Positions 29,711 through 40,656 of a stretch of DNA of 64,000 nucleotides are shown here, piece by piece (position 1 is the first letter of the stretch; every line of letters starts with the position of its first letter). The stretch covers positions 7,596 to 71,595 of the forward strand of contig JAFUPR010000034.1 in assembly GCA_017481145.1 (NCBI GenBank), written 5' to 3'. The DNA is from Alistipes sp. Its GTDB lineage: Bacteria; Bacteroidota; Bacteroidia; Bacteroidales; Rikenellaceae. Made by a program: the position numbers and the translations under genes. Under the pieces are notes generated by a model. The model saw only the letters and a list, made by a program, of their open reading frames with translations, was not told where the DNA came from and searched no databases.

Positions 29711-31258
29711 ATGAACAGAGAGTTGATTATCAATGTAAATCCAACGGAGATCTCGATAGCACTATGTGAGGACAAGGTGCTTGTCGAGCTGAACAAGGAG
29801 CAGTGTGAGACGGGCTTTGCTGTAGGCGACATATACCTTGGTCGCGTACGCAAGATTATGCCTGGACTTAATGCAGCATTCGTAAACATAGGTCACGAAA
29901 AGGATGCCTTTATCCACTACCTCGACCTTGGCGAGAACTTCTCGTCGCTCAGTCGCGTTGTCGATAGCCGCGAGTCGGGAAAGCGCACGGTGAGAGTTGA
30001 GAGCATGAAGCTCGAGCCGCAGTTAGCCAAGGAGGGACGCATAGGCGACCATTTGCAGGTAGGACAGACAGTGATGGTTCAGATTGCCAAGGAGGCAATC
30101 TCAACAAAGGGGCCAAGGCTCACGGCCGACATCTCACTTGCAGGGCGCAACGTGGTGCTCGTACCGTTCACTAACAAGGTCTATGTCTCGACGAAGATAC
30201 GCTCGAACGCTGCAAAGAAACGACTTAGAAAGGTGGCGCAGGAGGTGCTACCACAGAACTTCGGTGTCATCATACGCACGGCAGCTGCCGATGCCGAGGA
30301 CATCGATATTATGCAAGACATACTCTCTCTGGTTGAGAGATGGAATAGAGCTCTCGGCGCTATGCGCAAGAGTGAGGCTTCCTCGCGCCTAATGAGCGAG
30401 ATGAGCCGTGTGAATACAATAATTCGCGACTCGTTGAACGACACCTTCTCGCAGATATTGGTCGACGACGAGGCTATGTACAGCGAGATAAAGAGCTACG
30501 TACACGCCATCAAGCCCGATATGGAGCATCTGGTGAAGCTCTATAAGGGCAAGGTGCCCATCTTCGATAACTTCGATGTCGCGAAACAGATAAAGTCGTT
30601 ATTTGCAAAATACGTATCACTGCGTCGCGGTGCCTATCTTATCATCGAGCATACGGAGGCCATGCACGTCATCGACGTCAACTCGGGCAATCGTACAAAG
30701 GCAGCAGACGACCAGGAGCAGACAGCCTTAGAGGTGAACCTCGCTGCTGCTGCAGAGATAGCGCGACAGCTACGTCTGAGAGATATGGGTGGCATCGTCA
30801 TCGTCGACTTCATTGACATGCGCAAGGCACAGAGTAGGCAGACGCTCTATACCGAGATGCAGAAGTTTATGGCCACGGATAAGGCCAAGCATACTATTCT
30901 GCCTATCACGAAGTTCGGCCTTATGCAGATTACGCGCCAGAGGGTGCGTCCCATCGCCATAAACGAGACGTCGGACGTATGTCCTACGTGTCATGGCACG
31001 GGTAAGGTCGAGCCAACGATGTTGCTGGAGAAGAAGATTGAAGACCAGATACAGATGCTTGCAGAGAAGGGGTGTCGCTATGTTAATCTGAGGGTTAGCC
31101 CCTATGTTCGCTCGTATTTGTTGAGTGGCGTGTTATCGCTCAGAATGCGTTGGATTTTCAAGTACAAGCTACGCATCAAGGTCACTACCGACGTGAGTGT
31201 AGGTATGATTGATGTGAGCTACCTCGATAAAAAGGGGGAGTCGCTTCTAATCAATTAG
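29711..31258 (+). CDS. rng: Ribonuclease E/G family
   Basis: GDIYLG.V..IMPGLNAAFV, KGPRLT, IDVNSG, RQLRLRDMGGIVIVDFIDM, RQRVRP, CPTCHG. Confidence 0.95.
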   Translation: MNRELIINVNPTEISIALCEDKVLVELNKEQCETGFAVGDIYLGRVRKIMPGLNAAFVNIGHEKDAFIHYLDLGENFSSLSRVVDSRESGKRTVRVESMKLEPQLAKEGRIGDHLQVGQTVMVQIAKEAISTKGPRLTADISLAGRNVVLVPFTNKVYVSTKIRSNAAKKRLRKVAQEVLPQNFGVIIRTAAADAEDIDIMQDILSLVERWNRALGAMRKSEASSRLMSEMSRVNTIIRDSLNDTFSQILVDDEAMYSEIKSYVHAIKPDMEHLVKLYKGKVPIFDNFDVAKQIKSLFAKYVSLRRGAYLIIEHTEAMHVIDVNSGNRTKAADDQEQTALEVNLAAAAEIARQLRLRDMGGIVIVDFIDMRKAQSRQTLYTEMQKFMATDKAKHTILPITKFGLMQITRQRVRPIAINETSDVCPTCHGTGKVEPTMLLEKKIEDQIQMLAEKGCRYVNLRVSPYVRSYLLSGVLSLRMRWIFKYKLRIKVTTDVSVGMIDVSYLDKKGESLLIN

Positions 31259-31303
31259 GAGGGTTAGACCTTGAAGGGGTCGAGCCAAATTTCGCGAAGC
31301 GAT

Positions 31304-34300
31304 ATGGACTATTTAAAGGGTCTCGTCCGTAAGTCCAAACGTGCGGCCGAGCTTAAGAAATGTTTGGAAAATGAGGGCTCTAACGTCAATCTTGAACAGA
31401 TGGTCGGTGGAGACTATTCGCTATATGCTGCCAGTGTTGTTGAGCAGTTGGGTGGCATACATATCTTCGTGTTGGAGGATAGAGACCGTGCAGCCTATTT
31501 GGTAAACGACCTCTATGAACTCCTTGACGAGGAGCGTGTGGCCTTCTTCTCGTCGGGATATAAGCGCTCGGTGGCATACGGCGCGGAGGATGCACAGGGT
31601 GTTGTGCGTCGCACGGCAGCCTTGAACGCCATCGCGGGATTCAAGGAGGGATATGTCGTAGTATGCACCTATCCCGAGGCACTGGCCGAGAGTGTTGCCG
31701 AGAGAGTAGAACTCGCAGGACAGTCACTTCACATAAGTGTTGGTGATAACCTCAAGCAAGCATCCCTTGTAGAGTGGTTGGCGGAGCATGGTTTCGAGCG
31801 CGTAGATTTCGTCTATGAGCCAGGTCAATATTCGGTGCGTGGTGGTATTGTCGATGTCTTCTCATATGTGGAGTCGCGCCCTTATCGTGTCGACTTTTTT
31901 GGTGACATGGTGGACTCATTGCGACGATTTGATATCTCGAGCCAGTTATCTGCTGAACGCCCCGAGGAGGTAGACATCATCCCTAATACGATGCGTGATG
32001 GCGAAGGTGGCGAGCGTGTGTCGTTGGCGCGCTTTGCGGGTAGGGCGACATGGTGGATAGATGATGGCGACTATGCGCTACGTAAGGTGGCGGATGTGCG
32101 CAAGCGTCTCTTGGAGCAGGCCGAGAGCGAGGAGGAGGGGGCGATGTTAGCGCGTCGTGTGACCTCGCGTCAATCGCTTCTCAAGGATTGGGAGGGCTCG
32201 ACGCTCGTTGTCGCTAAGGACAACATACGCGAGCGTCAGGCTACGGCAACGCTATGCTTTAATACTACGCCGCAGCCCGTCTTCAACCGTAACTTCGAGA
32301 TGTTGGCAGATGATGTGAGATGGAATGGAGAGCGTGGATACACCACCTTCATCCTCTCGCATAACAAGGCGCAGATCGAGCGCTTGGAAAATATATTCCA
32401 TCAGGTGGGGCGTCGTAGTGTCTCGTTCCGTGCTGCCGACCTTGTGTTGCACGAGGGATTTGTGGATAACGACCTCAAGGTATGTGTATATACCGACCAC
32501 CAGATCTTCGATCGCTATCAGCGCTACCGCCTGCGCGGTGAGATTAAGCGTGACGAGCAGATGACCGTCGCCGAACTTAATGCTCTGAAGGTGGGTGACT
32601 ACGTGGTGCATATAGACCATGGCGTGGGACGCTTTGGTGGTTTAGTAAGGCTCAATGAGAATGGCCGCACGAAGGAGGCCATCAAGCTGATATACAAGGA
32701 TAATGACATACTCTTTGTGAATGTCCATGCGCTACACCGCATATCGCGATATAAGAGTGGTGAGGGTGAGCCTCCGAAGATATACAAACTCGGCAATGGC
32801 GCATGGCAGAAGTTAAAGGCGACGACCAAGAAGGCCGTCAAGGATATATCACGCGAGCTTATCGCCCTCTATGCTAAGCGTAAGGCATCGAAGGGCTACG
32901 CCTTCTCCGAGGATGGATACTTGCAGCAGGAGCTGGAGGCTTCGTTCAAGTGGGAGGACACCCCCGACCAGCAGATGGCTATCGCTGCCGTTAAACACGA
33001 TATGGAGTCCAACGAACCGATGGATAGACTTGTCTGCGGTGATGTGGGCTTCGGTAAGACCGAGGTGGCCATACGTGCAGCCTTCAAGGCGGCGGTCGAT
33101 GGCAAGCAGACGGCGGTGCTTGTGCCCACGACAATCCTCGCATTGCAACACTATCGCTCCTTCACCGAGCGCCTCAGAGACCTCCCCGTCACGGTGGAGT
33201 ATCTCAACCGCACGAAGTCGACAAAGGAGGCACGGCGTATCGCCGAGGAGCTTAAGTCTGGAAAGATAGACATCCTCATAGGCACACATAAGATGCTCTC
33301 GAAACAGATTGAGTTCCACGACCTTGGACTGCTCGTTATCGACGAGGAGCAGAAGTTTGGTGTGGCCGCCAAGGAGAAACTTACGCAGCTATCCGTGTCG
33401 GTTGATACACTGACACTCACCGCCACGCCCATACCGCGTACGCTGCAATTCTCGCTGATGGGCTCGCGCGACTTGTCGGTCATCTCCACACCGCCGCCCA
33501 ACCGCCAGCCTATTGTCACGGAGTCGCATCTCTTTAGCGAGGATGTCATCCGCGATGCCATCGAAGAGGAGCTGGCACGTGGCGGTCAGGTCTACTTTGT
33601 GCATAATCGCGTGGAGGATCTCGCTACGCTCCAGGGTATGATTACGCGTCTGTGTCCCAAGGCTCGAGTTATGACGGGTCATGGACGTATGCCCGCCGAG
33701 CAGTTGGAGAAGCTTATCATGGATTTTATCTACGGTGAGTTCGATGTGCTTGTGGCTACGACCATCATCGAGAACGGCATAGATATTGGCAACGCCAATA
33801 CCATCATAATCAATGATGCTCACCGCTTCGGACTTAGCGACCTGCACCAGTTGCGTGGCCGTGTGGGACGCTCCGACCGCAAGGGATTCTGCTACTTGCT
33901 CTCGCCACCTGAGGAGCTTATTGGTGGTGATGCGCGCCGCAGGCTGAGGGCTATCGAGGAGTTTTCGGACTTGGGCTCGGGATTTAATATTGCTATGCAG
34001 GACTTGGATATCCGCGGTGCGGGTAATCTGCTCGGCGCCGAGCAGAGTGGCTTCATTGCCGATGTGGGCATCGAGACCTATCAGAAGATACTTAATCAGG
34101 CTATCTCGGAGTTGCGCGCTGAGGGATTGGACGTTTCGGGCTTGTCGGAGGCCGAGAATAACGCCATGAAGGATGTGTCGTTTGTTGACGATGCTACCAT
34201 CGACATAGATACAGATGCCTCAATACCCGATAGTTACGTTCGCTCGCAGGCCGAGAAGTTGCGTCTCTATCGTGAGATCGACGCCATGCGTACGGATGAG

Positions 34301-34654
34301 GAGTTTGAGGCTCTTAAGAGTCGTCTTATCGACCGTTTCGGAGCGCTGCCCGAGCCTGTGGAGGAGCTTATCAATGTTGTCAAGCTGCGCCGTGAGGCCG
34401 TGGAGCTCGGCATGGAGCACGTGAAGGTGAAGAATGGCCTCCTCATAGTGAGGTTTGTGGGCGACAACAATTCGCCATTCTTCAAGACCGACACCTTCCT
34501 CAACATGCTTCGACGTGTGGTGTCGGAGCCAGAGCGCTTTGTCGTCAAGCAATACAATAATCGTCTGTCGATGACCGTTAGAAAGATATACTCTGTTGCC
34601 GAGGGTGTCGCTATGTTGAGGCATCTGAGGAGTGTTGCCGAGCAAAATGATTAG
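31304..34654 (+). CDS. mfd: Transcription-repair coupling factor
   Basis: SVRGGIVDVF, VVHIDHGVG, CGDVGFGKTE, DEEQKFG, TATPIPRT, QLRGRVGRS, DLDIRGAGNLLG. Start uncertain (31271 or 31304). Confidence 0.96.
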   Translation: MDYLKGLVRKSKRAAELKKCLENEGSNVNLEQMVGGDYSLYAASVVEQLGGIHIFVLEDRDRAAYLVNDLYELLDEERVAFFSSGYKRSVAYGAEDAQGVVRRTAALNAIAGFKEGYVVVCTYPEALAESVAERVELAGQSLHISVGDNLKQASLVEWLAEHGFERVDFVYEPGQYSVRGGIVDVFSYVESRPYRVDFFGDMVDSLRRFDISSQLSAERPEEVDIIPNTMRDGEGGERVSLARFAGRATWWIDDGDYALRKVADVRKRLLEQAESEEEGAMLARRVTSRQSLLKDWEGSTLVVAKDNIRERQATATLCFNTTPQPVFNRNFEMLADDVRWNGERGYTTFILSHNKAQIERLENIFHQVGRRSVSFRAADLVLHEGFVDNDLKVCVYTDHQIFDRYQRYRLRGEIKRDEQMTVAELNALKVGDYVVHIDHGVGRFGGLVRLNENGRTKEAIKLIYKDNDILFVNVHALHRISRYKSGEGEPPKIYKLGNGAWQKLKATTKKAVKDISRELIALYAKRKASKGYAFSEDGYLQQELEASFKWEDTPDQQMAIAAVKHDMESNEPMDRLVCGDVGFGKTEVAIRAAFKAAVDGKQTAVLVPTTILALQHYRSFTERLRDLPVTVEYLNRTKSTKEARRIAEELKSGKIDILIGTHKMLSKQIEFHDLGLLVIDEEQKFGVAAKEKLTQLSVSVDTLTLTATPIPRTLQFSLMGSRDLSVISTPPPNRQPIVTESHLFSEDVIRDAIEEELARGGQVYFVHNRVEDLATLQGMITRLCPKARVMTGHGRMPAEQLEKLIMDFIYGEFDVLVATTIIENGIDIGNANTIIINDAHRFGLSDLHQLRGRVGRSDRKGFCYLLSPPEELIGGDARRRLRAIEEFSDLGSGFNIAMQDLDIRGAGNLLGAEQSGFIADVGIETYQKILNQAISELRAEGLDVSGLSEAENNAMKDVSFVDDATIDIDTDASIPDSYVRSQAEKLRLYREIDAMRTDEEFEALKSRLIDRFGALPEPVEELINVVKLRREAVELGMEHVKVKNGLLIVRFVGDNNSPFFKTDTFLNMLRRVVSEPERFVVKQYNNRLSMTVRKIYSVAEGVAMLRHLRSVAEQND

Positions 34655-34658
34655 TAGC

Positions 34659-35390
34659 ATGAACCTTATTGTAGACATAGGAAATAGCCGTGCTAAGGCT
34701 GTGGTAATGAGCGACGGTATGGTCGTTGCGGAGAGTGTCGCCACCGAGCCTACGCGAGGGTGGCTTCAGAACATCATCGCAGGGCATAGGGTGGAGCGTG
34801 CCATAGTCGCGTCGACACGAGGCAATGGCCATGATATAGCGCTGATGCTTAGGGATATGCTTCCCTATGTCGTGGAGTTTGTGCCAGCCACAACGCCTAT
34901 ACCTATAGCCAATCACTACCACTCGACAGCAACGCTTGGTGCCGACCGCCTTGCTGCGGCGGTGGGGGCTGTGGCTCTATATCCCGAGAGCGACATTATG
35001 ATTGTCGACTTTGGCACGGCCATCACCATCGACTATGTCGTTGCGGGATCCTACCTCGGAGGCAACATATCACCAGGTGTGACAACGCGTTTTCGTGCCT
35101 TGGCAGACTATACGGCAAGTCTTCCACTATGCGATGCCACTGACGATGTTTTAGACTATGGGCGTACTACCCGCGAAGCTATAGAGCAGGGGGTGATGCG
35201 TGGCGTCGAGCACGAAATTCGGGGGTATGTTGAGCTCTTTTTGGAGGAAAAAACAAAAAAAATCGTTATTTTCACCGGAGGTGATGCAAAATATTTTGTA
35301 AAGAGAATTAAAAATACGATATTTGCAGACTGTGAGCCGGTCGTTTACGGACTAAGTAGAATTTTGGAATATAATGCTGAGCGTTGTTAA
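34659..35390 (+). CDS. coaX: Type III pantothenate kinase
   Basis: DIGNS, LGADR, DFGTAIT, GG.I.PG, TGGD. Confidence 0.93.
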   Translation: MNLIVDIGNSRAKAVVMSDGMVVAESVATEPTRGWLQNIIAGHRVERAIVASTRGNGHDIALMLRDMLPYVVEFVPATTPIPIANHYHSTATLGADRLAAAVGAVALYPESDIMIVDFGTAITIDYVVAGSYLGGNISPGVTTRFRALADYTASLPLCDATDDVLDYGRTTREAIEQGVMRGVEHEIRGYVELFLEEKTKKIVIFTGGDAKYFVKRIKNTIFADCEPVVYGLSRILEYNAERC

Positions 35391-36771
35391 GAAGATATTG
35401 GGCGTTGTGATGCTTATGGTTGTGGCCTCGTTTGTGGCTTCGGCACAGACAAGTAGTATCAATGCCTACTCGCCATACTCGATGTATGGTCCTGGTGAGC
35501 TGCTCACCCCAGGTACGGTGCAGATGCGCTCGATGGGTGGTGCTGGTATCGCTGTGCGTGCGCTTGGTCAGGTGAATGTCCTGAACCCTGCTGCCGCGAG
35601 CGTCGCACCTCGTAAGAGTTTCCTCTTCGATGTGAGCTTCGATGCCACACACTTCCGTAATAGCCAGCCTAAGTTCGACGCCGAAGGCGTGGAGACATCA
35701 AAGTCTAAGACGGTGTATAACACGGCAAACATACACAACATATTCTTAGCCTTCCCCTTGGCTAAGGGTCTTGGTGCAATGGTAAGCGTCGCCCCCTATA
35801 GTAGCGTGGGATACAAGCTCAAGCTCACGGACCAGAACAACGACAACTGGGCGGATATAGGCCGTGTGATGTATGGCTATGGTGGTGATGGCGATATCTC
35901 GGAGGTTAAGCTCTCTATCGGCTGGGAGCCATGGCGTAACTTCTCGATAGGTGTTGCAGCGAAGTACTACTGGGGTAACATCGAGCGTAGCTACAGTACG
36001 TCAGTGACGGATGTAATCACAGGTTCGGGTACCTATGCTGCGACCAACGGCGTGGATCGCTACCGTGTGAATAACTTCAAGTTCCAGGCGGGTGTGCAGT
36101 GGAATATTCTCTACTCCGAGACGCGCATTTTTACCGTAGGTGCTACGTACGACCTTGGTGGAGGATTGAATCCCGAGAAGCAGAGCTACGTATATACCGA
36201 CAATACGATAAACTCGATACAGAGCAATCCTGTACGCGATCGTGTCGACAATGTAGAGCTTCGTGTGCCACATCAGGTGGGCGTGGGTCTCTTCTATCGC
36301 GATAGAACTATCGCCTGGGGTGTGGATTACAACTACGCAGCTTGGGGTGATGGTAATAAGACGTTCGTGGAGAATGGTAATTTGAGCGATGTGGCAGTGG
36401 AGTACACCAATACTCACGACATAAAACTGGGCTTCGAGCTCACGCCGCGTTCGAGCGATGTGCGTAACTACCTCAATCGTATATCGTACCGTGTGGGAGC
36501 GCGTCTGGGCAACTACTACCAGACGTTTGGTGGCGAGAGGGTGAATAAGCTGGCCATCACCGCGGGTCTCGGTCTGCCTGTTAAGGTGTGGGGCGCATCG
36601 TCGGTAAACATTGGCTTTGAGTATGGGCGCATGTCGTCGCCTGGGCACATAAGCCATAATGGTGCGAAGGTGGGTCTTGTGACGCAAAACTATTATAAGA
36701 TATCTGTGGGCTTCAGTCTCTTCTCGGCCGACACGTCGGACTACTGGTTTGTACGTCAGAAGTACGATTAG
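35374..36771 (+). CDS. Outer-membrane beta-barrel protein (FadL/PorV-like)
   Basis: Signal peptide, SPYSMYG.G, SMGGAG, NPAA, PYSSVGY, C-terminal WFVRQKYD. Confidence 0.72.
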   Translation: MLSVVKKILGVVMLMVVASFVASAQTSSINAYSPYSMYGPGELLTPGTVQMRSMGGAGIAVRALGQVNVLNPAAASVAPRKSFLFDVSFDATHFRNSQPKFDAEGVETSKSKTVYNTANIHNIFLAFPLAKGLGAMVSVAPYSSVGYKLKLTDQNNDNWADIGRVMYGYGGDGDISEVKLSIGWEPWRNFSIGVAAKYYWGNIERSYSTSVTDVITGSGTYAATNGVDRYRVNNFKFQAGVQWNILYSETRIFTVGATYDLGGGLNPEKQSYVYTDNTINSIQSNPVRDRVDNVELRVPHQVGVGLFYRDRTIAWGVDYNYAAWGDGNKTFVENGNLSDVAVEYTNTHDIKLGFELTPRSSDVRNYLNRISYRVGARLGNYYQTFGGERVNKLAITAGLGLPVKVWGASSVNIGFEYGRMSSPGHISHNGAKVGLVTQNYYKISVGFSLFSADTSDYWFVRQKYD

Positions 36772-36846
36772 AGGAAACCGCGATATGTGGTAATATCAAT
36801 GACAGGGATAATATTACAGAAACAAACAAAATAAAAACTAAAACTT

Positions 36847-38193
36847 ATGAAAGGTGTAAAATTTCTTTTGGCGGCCGTTGCGATGTGTGTAGGCTTTGCA
36901 GCATCAGCACAGGATTTTAGCGACGACAAGGTTTATGGTAAGTGGGGTGCTACGGTTGAGGAGCGTCAGGCTAACATCAGCGCAAGTAACTACCTCAAGG
37001 AGGCATTGGATGCTAAGGACTTCAAACTTGCGACGCAGTACTTCCAGCAGTTGCTTAACAGCTGCCCCGCAGCATCGCAGCAGACCTTTGCTCGTGGTGT
37101 TACGCTCTACAAGAATAAGGCACAGCGTGCTCGTAGCGTAGAGGAGAAGCGTGCATTCGTCGACTCTATCCTCTTTATCTATGACCAGCGTGTAATCTAC
37201 TTCGGCGACCACTCGAAGAATGGTAAGGATTATATACTCGACATGAAGGCTCGTGATATGCTCCGCTACTGCACAACTGACCGTCCTTTGCTCCGCGCAG
37301 GTTTGAAGGATGCTGTAGATGCAGCTATTGCTTCAGGACGTATCAACCTCGACATCGTAGCATCGTACTACAAGTTCCTCTGCGAGGACTTCTATTATGA
37401 TGATAGCGTTACGAGCGACATGGTCTTGGCCGAGTACGAGCGTCTCTCGCCCCTCTTTGCGGAGGTGTCAGCTGAGGACGAGCAGTATAAGGATAGCTTC
37501 GAGAATAGCTTCGGTACCAGTGGTGCTGCCAGCTGCGAGAACCTTGAGGCTCTCTTCAGCCAGAAGCTCGCTGCCGACCCCGACAATCAGGCTATCCTTG
37601 CCCAGGCTGTGGCCTTGATGTCTCGCGCCCAGTGTACCAGCGACTTCTTCTTCGCTACAACGGAGAAGTACTACACGGTAAATCCCTCGTCGGAGACAGC
37701 ATTGTTCCTTGCTCAGGGCTTCCAGGGTCGTGGCGAGAACGACAAGGCGTTGAAGTATCTGCGCGAGGCATTGGCTGTTGAGACTAATCCCACAGCTAAG
37801 GAGCCTCTATATGTTCAGATTGCCCTCATCGAGATTGGCAACCGCAACTACTCGGCAGCAGCTGAGGCTGCACGCGAGCTCCGTGGTATCAACCCCGATA
37901 ACGGCTACTCATACTTCATCCTCGGTCAGTGCTACGCATCGTCGCCCTGCACGGATGATAAGATTGGCGGTGCTTCGGTTTACTGGGCAGCATACGACGC
38001 TATGGCTCAGGCTGTAAACCTCCTTAAGGATGAGCCTGAGGTACAGAAGGCTGCTCAGCAGCTCATGGGTGCCTACCGTGCAGCATTCCCTCAGCAGGAG
38101 ACTTGCTTCTTCGCTGAGCTCACCTCAGGTGACCGCTACACCATCAAGTGCGGCTTCGCTTCTGGTCAGACAACAACGGTACGCTACCGCTAA
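36847..38193 (+). CDS. Exported TPR-repeat protein
   Basis: Signal peptide, helical repeats (KALKYLREAL, GYSYFILGQCYAS), YWAAYD..., typical of the coaX-OMP-TPR-lptC cluster. Confidence 0.75.
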   Translation: MKGVKFLLAAVAMCVGFAASAQDFSDDKVYGKWGATVEERQANISASNYLKEALDAKDFKLATQYFQQLLNSCPAASQQTFARGVTLYKNKAQRARSVEEKRAFVDSILFIYDQRVIYFGDHSKNGKDYILDMKARDMLRYCTTDRPLLRAGLKDAVDAAIASGRINLDIVASYYKFLCEDFYYDDSVTSDMVLAEYERLSPLFAEVSAEDEQYKDSFENSFGTSGAASCENLEALFSQKLAADPDNQAILAQAVALMSRAQCTSDFFFATTEKYYTVNPSSETALFLAQGFQGRGENDKALKYLREALAVETNPTAKEPLYVQIALIEIGNRNYSAAAEAARELRGINPDNGYSYFILGQCYASSPCTDDKIGGASVYWAAYDAMAQAVNLLKDEPEVQKAAQQLMGAYRAAFPQQETCFFAELTSGDRYTIKCGFASGQTTTVRYR

Positions 38194-38211
38194 TACATGG
38201 CTCGATAAGCA

Positions 38212-39270
38212 ATGCGCTTAGGGTTGTACAGATATGCAATGTTAGCACTCCTCATCGTGGGGGGTGCTTCGTTGCTATCATCGTGTGAGTCTAAACCATC
38301 GGCTACGCTCTACGACTATGAGACGCTGATGACGGAGTCGAGCGAGAATCGTACAATCACCATGATGGAGAATGGCAAACGCTCATATACCTTCCAGTCA
38401 CCACTAATGGAGGGATATAGCATGGCGTCAAACCCCTATCAGGAGTTTCGCCGAGGCATAAAGATGACAACATATACCGACTCGTTGTCGCTTGTCGATG
38501 CTACCATCACGGCAAACTATGCCATCTACTACGAGCGACAAAAACTCTGGGAGGCTAAGGGTAATGTGGTGATTATCAAAAATAACCGTAAGGGTGCTGA
38601 TACCACCGTCACGGGTCTCACGGAGATATATACGCAGCAGCTCTTCTGGAATGCCACGACCAAGAAGATATACTCCAACGTCGATACTAAGGTGTTGCAG
38701 CCCGACGGCTGGCACTTCGGTGTGGGCTTCGATGCCGATGAGGATTTGAAGAATATACACTTCCGTAAGTACACCTCCGAGATGGAGTTCGATATGAGTC
38801 AGCCCGATCCTGCTGAGCGAGCAGCTAAAGAGGAGGAAAAGAGGGCTAAGGAGGCTGAGGAGGCTGCCCAGGAGACAAAGGGAGCAAACGGGACAAAGGG
38901 TGCTAAGGTGGTGAAGTCGGGTAATGATAGTAGTACTAAGGCTCCGACACCTCTAAGACCTGCTGCCGTGGGCTCGGAAAAGCGCCCAACAACACAACCT
39001 TCAGGGGCAAGTCGTACGGGCGTGGCGGCGGATAGAAACATATCTCCGCTGCCTGTAGGTAAGACTGAGCGCCCTGCGCCCGAGATGTCAGTGGCGAAGG
39101 ATGGTGCAGTGACACCTCCTACAATACCATCAATGGGCGCGCGTAAGGGTGGCAAGTCGGAAGTATCTGGTAATGAGATGCTGACGCCAACGCAAAGTGG
39201 TTCAGCCGCGCTCAAGCCTGGTGCGAGCAGCGCTAAGCGTGCATCAGACGTTAAGGGCACTGAGAAGTAA
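38212..39270 (+). CDS. lptC: LPS export periplasmic protein LptC with a long disordered C-terminal tail
   Basis: Lipobox LLSSC, EFRRG, ITANYA.YY, LWEAKGNVV, TQQLFWN..KKIYS, G.GFDADEDL. Confidence 0.82.
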   Translation: MRLGLYRYAMLALLIVGGASLLSSCESKPSATLYDYETLMTESSENRTITMMENGKRSYTFQSPLMEGYSMASNPYQEFRRGIKMTTYTDSLSLVDATITANYAIYYERQKLWEAKGNVVIIKNNRKGADTTVTGLTEIYTQQLFWNATTKKIYSNVDTKVLQPDGWHFGVGFDADEDLKNIHFRKYTSEMEFDMSQPDPAERAAKEEEKRAKEAEEAAQETKGANGTKGAKVVKSGNDSSTKAPTPLRPAAVGSEKRPTTQPSGASRTGVAADRNISPLPVGKTERPAPEMSVAKDGAVTPPTIPSMGARKGGKSEVSGNEMLTPTQSGSAALKPGASSAKRASDVKGTEK

Positions 39271-39293
39271 CGAATAGACGAAAGTGTAGTATT

Positions 39294-40541
39294 ATGGGAG
39301 ATGTATCGTTGACGACTGTGGCCGTTATTGCAGTGATGTTGCTCTTCTCGGCATTCTTCTCGGGAATGGAGATTGCCTTCTTGGGGCGTAACCGTCTGCG
39401 CGAGGAGATAGACCGTAAGCAGAATCCGATGTTTAACCACATCGCCGACCTCTTTTCGCGCAATGCCAGCAACTACATAACAACGATACTCGTGGGTAAT
39501 AACATCGCCCTGGTGGTATACTCAATGTTCATGTCGCAGTTGTTGCTCCAACTCTTCAATATGGATAATGCACTTGCGCAGACAATCATATCAACGGTGG
39601 TCATACTCTTCGTTGGAGAGTATATCCCTAAGTCGGTGGTGCGACACAATCCGAACTTCTACTATACCGTACTCTCGCCCATTATCTACCTATTATATAT
39701 AATATTGTATCCCATCACGCGTTTTACGACACTAATATCGTATGGACTGATTCGTCTTACGGGTACACGTATCGAGCGCCGCGATGAGCCTACGGAGTTC
39801 AACCGCGACGACTTGGCGTCGTTGGTCGAGGCTGACAATGTAGAGGTAGATAGCGAGGATGAGGAGGATATACGCCTATTCCAAAATGCATTGGACTTCG
39901 CCGACTTGCGTGTGCGTGACTGTATGGTGCAGCGTGTCGATGTCGAGGCTGTGGACCTCGAGACTACATCTATCGCTGAGCTTACGGAGCGCTTCGTCGA
40001 GACCAACTTTTCGCGCATATTCGTATGGCACGATACCATCGACAACATCATCGGCTATGTCAACTCGAAGAGCCTCTTCGAGCGTCCAGAGTCTATCTCA
40101 GATGTGTTGATTAAGACCATCTACGTTGCCGAGACCATGCCGTTGCAGGCCATGCTTGAGACCTTCACTAAGCGCAAGGCGAGTATCGCTGTTGTCATCG
40201 ACGAGTTTGGTGGCACGGCGGGTATCATCTCGTTGGAGGATGTCCTGGAACAGATATTTGGAGATATTGAGGACGAGCACGATGTGCAGGAGTTGGTTGA
40301 GAAACAGGTGGGCGAGGACGAGTGGATATTCTCGTCGCGACTCGAGGTTGAGTATCTGAACGAGCGCTACGGCCTTAACATCCCCGAGGATGATGAGTAT
40401 GACACATTGGCGGGATATATCATTGCCGAATATGGCGGTATTCCGCACGAGGGCGATAGCTTTGATACGCGCCACTATAATGTTAAGATTCTCAAGCGCG
40501 AGGGCTCGCGCCTCGACCTTGTAGGCCTCCGTCGCTTGTGA
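39294..40541 (+). CDS. Hemolysin/CNNM family (DUF21-CBS-CorC) protein
   Basis: SAFFSGMEIAF, LVGNNIA, GEYIPK, VIDEFGGTAG..LED, YDTLAG. Confidence 0.9.
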   Translation: MGDVSLTTVAVIAVMLLFSAFFSGMEIAFLGRNRLREEIDRKQNPMFNHIADLFSRNASNYITTILVGNNIALVVYSMFMSQLLLQLFNMDNALAQTIISTVVILFVGEYIPKSVVRHNPNFYYTVLSPIIYLLYIILYPITRFTTLISYGLIRLTGTRIERRDEPTEFNRDDLASLVEADNVEVDSEDEEDIRLFQNALDFADLRVRDCMVQRVDVEAVDLETTSIAELTERFVETNFSRIFVWHDTIDNIIGYVNSKSLFERPESISDVLIKTIYVAETMPLQAMLETFTKRKASIAVVIDEFGGTAGIISLEDVLEQIFGDIEDEHDVQELVEKQVGEDEWIFSSRLEVEYLNERYGLNIPEDDEYDTLAGYIIAEYGGIPHEGDSFDTRHYNVKILKREGSRLDLVGLRRL

Positions 40542-40656
40542 TATAGGTATATTTACTCTATATGAAGACCTTTTTTTCGAAAAAGGTGCTTTGTTTGATA
40601 AAAAATTACTACCTTTGGAGGCTTAAACGATTATAACGATAAAATAATAATTTTCT

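Noticed and set aside
35245-35325. Internal promoter in the AT-rich 3' end of coaX
   Set aside because: Plausible, but the -7 box reads GATATTTG rather than TAnnTTTG; too weak to call.
36001-39440. Long antisense ORFs (36001-36687, 38799-39440) and the many other overlapping short ORFs in the track
   Set aside because: Shadow frames of well-supported genes; no motifs or A-rich start context.
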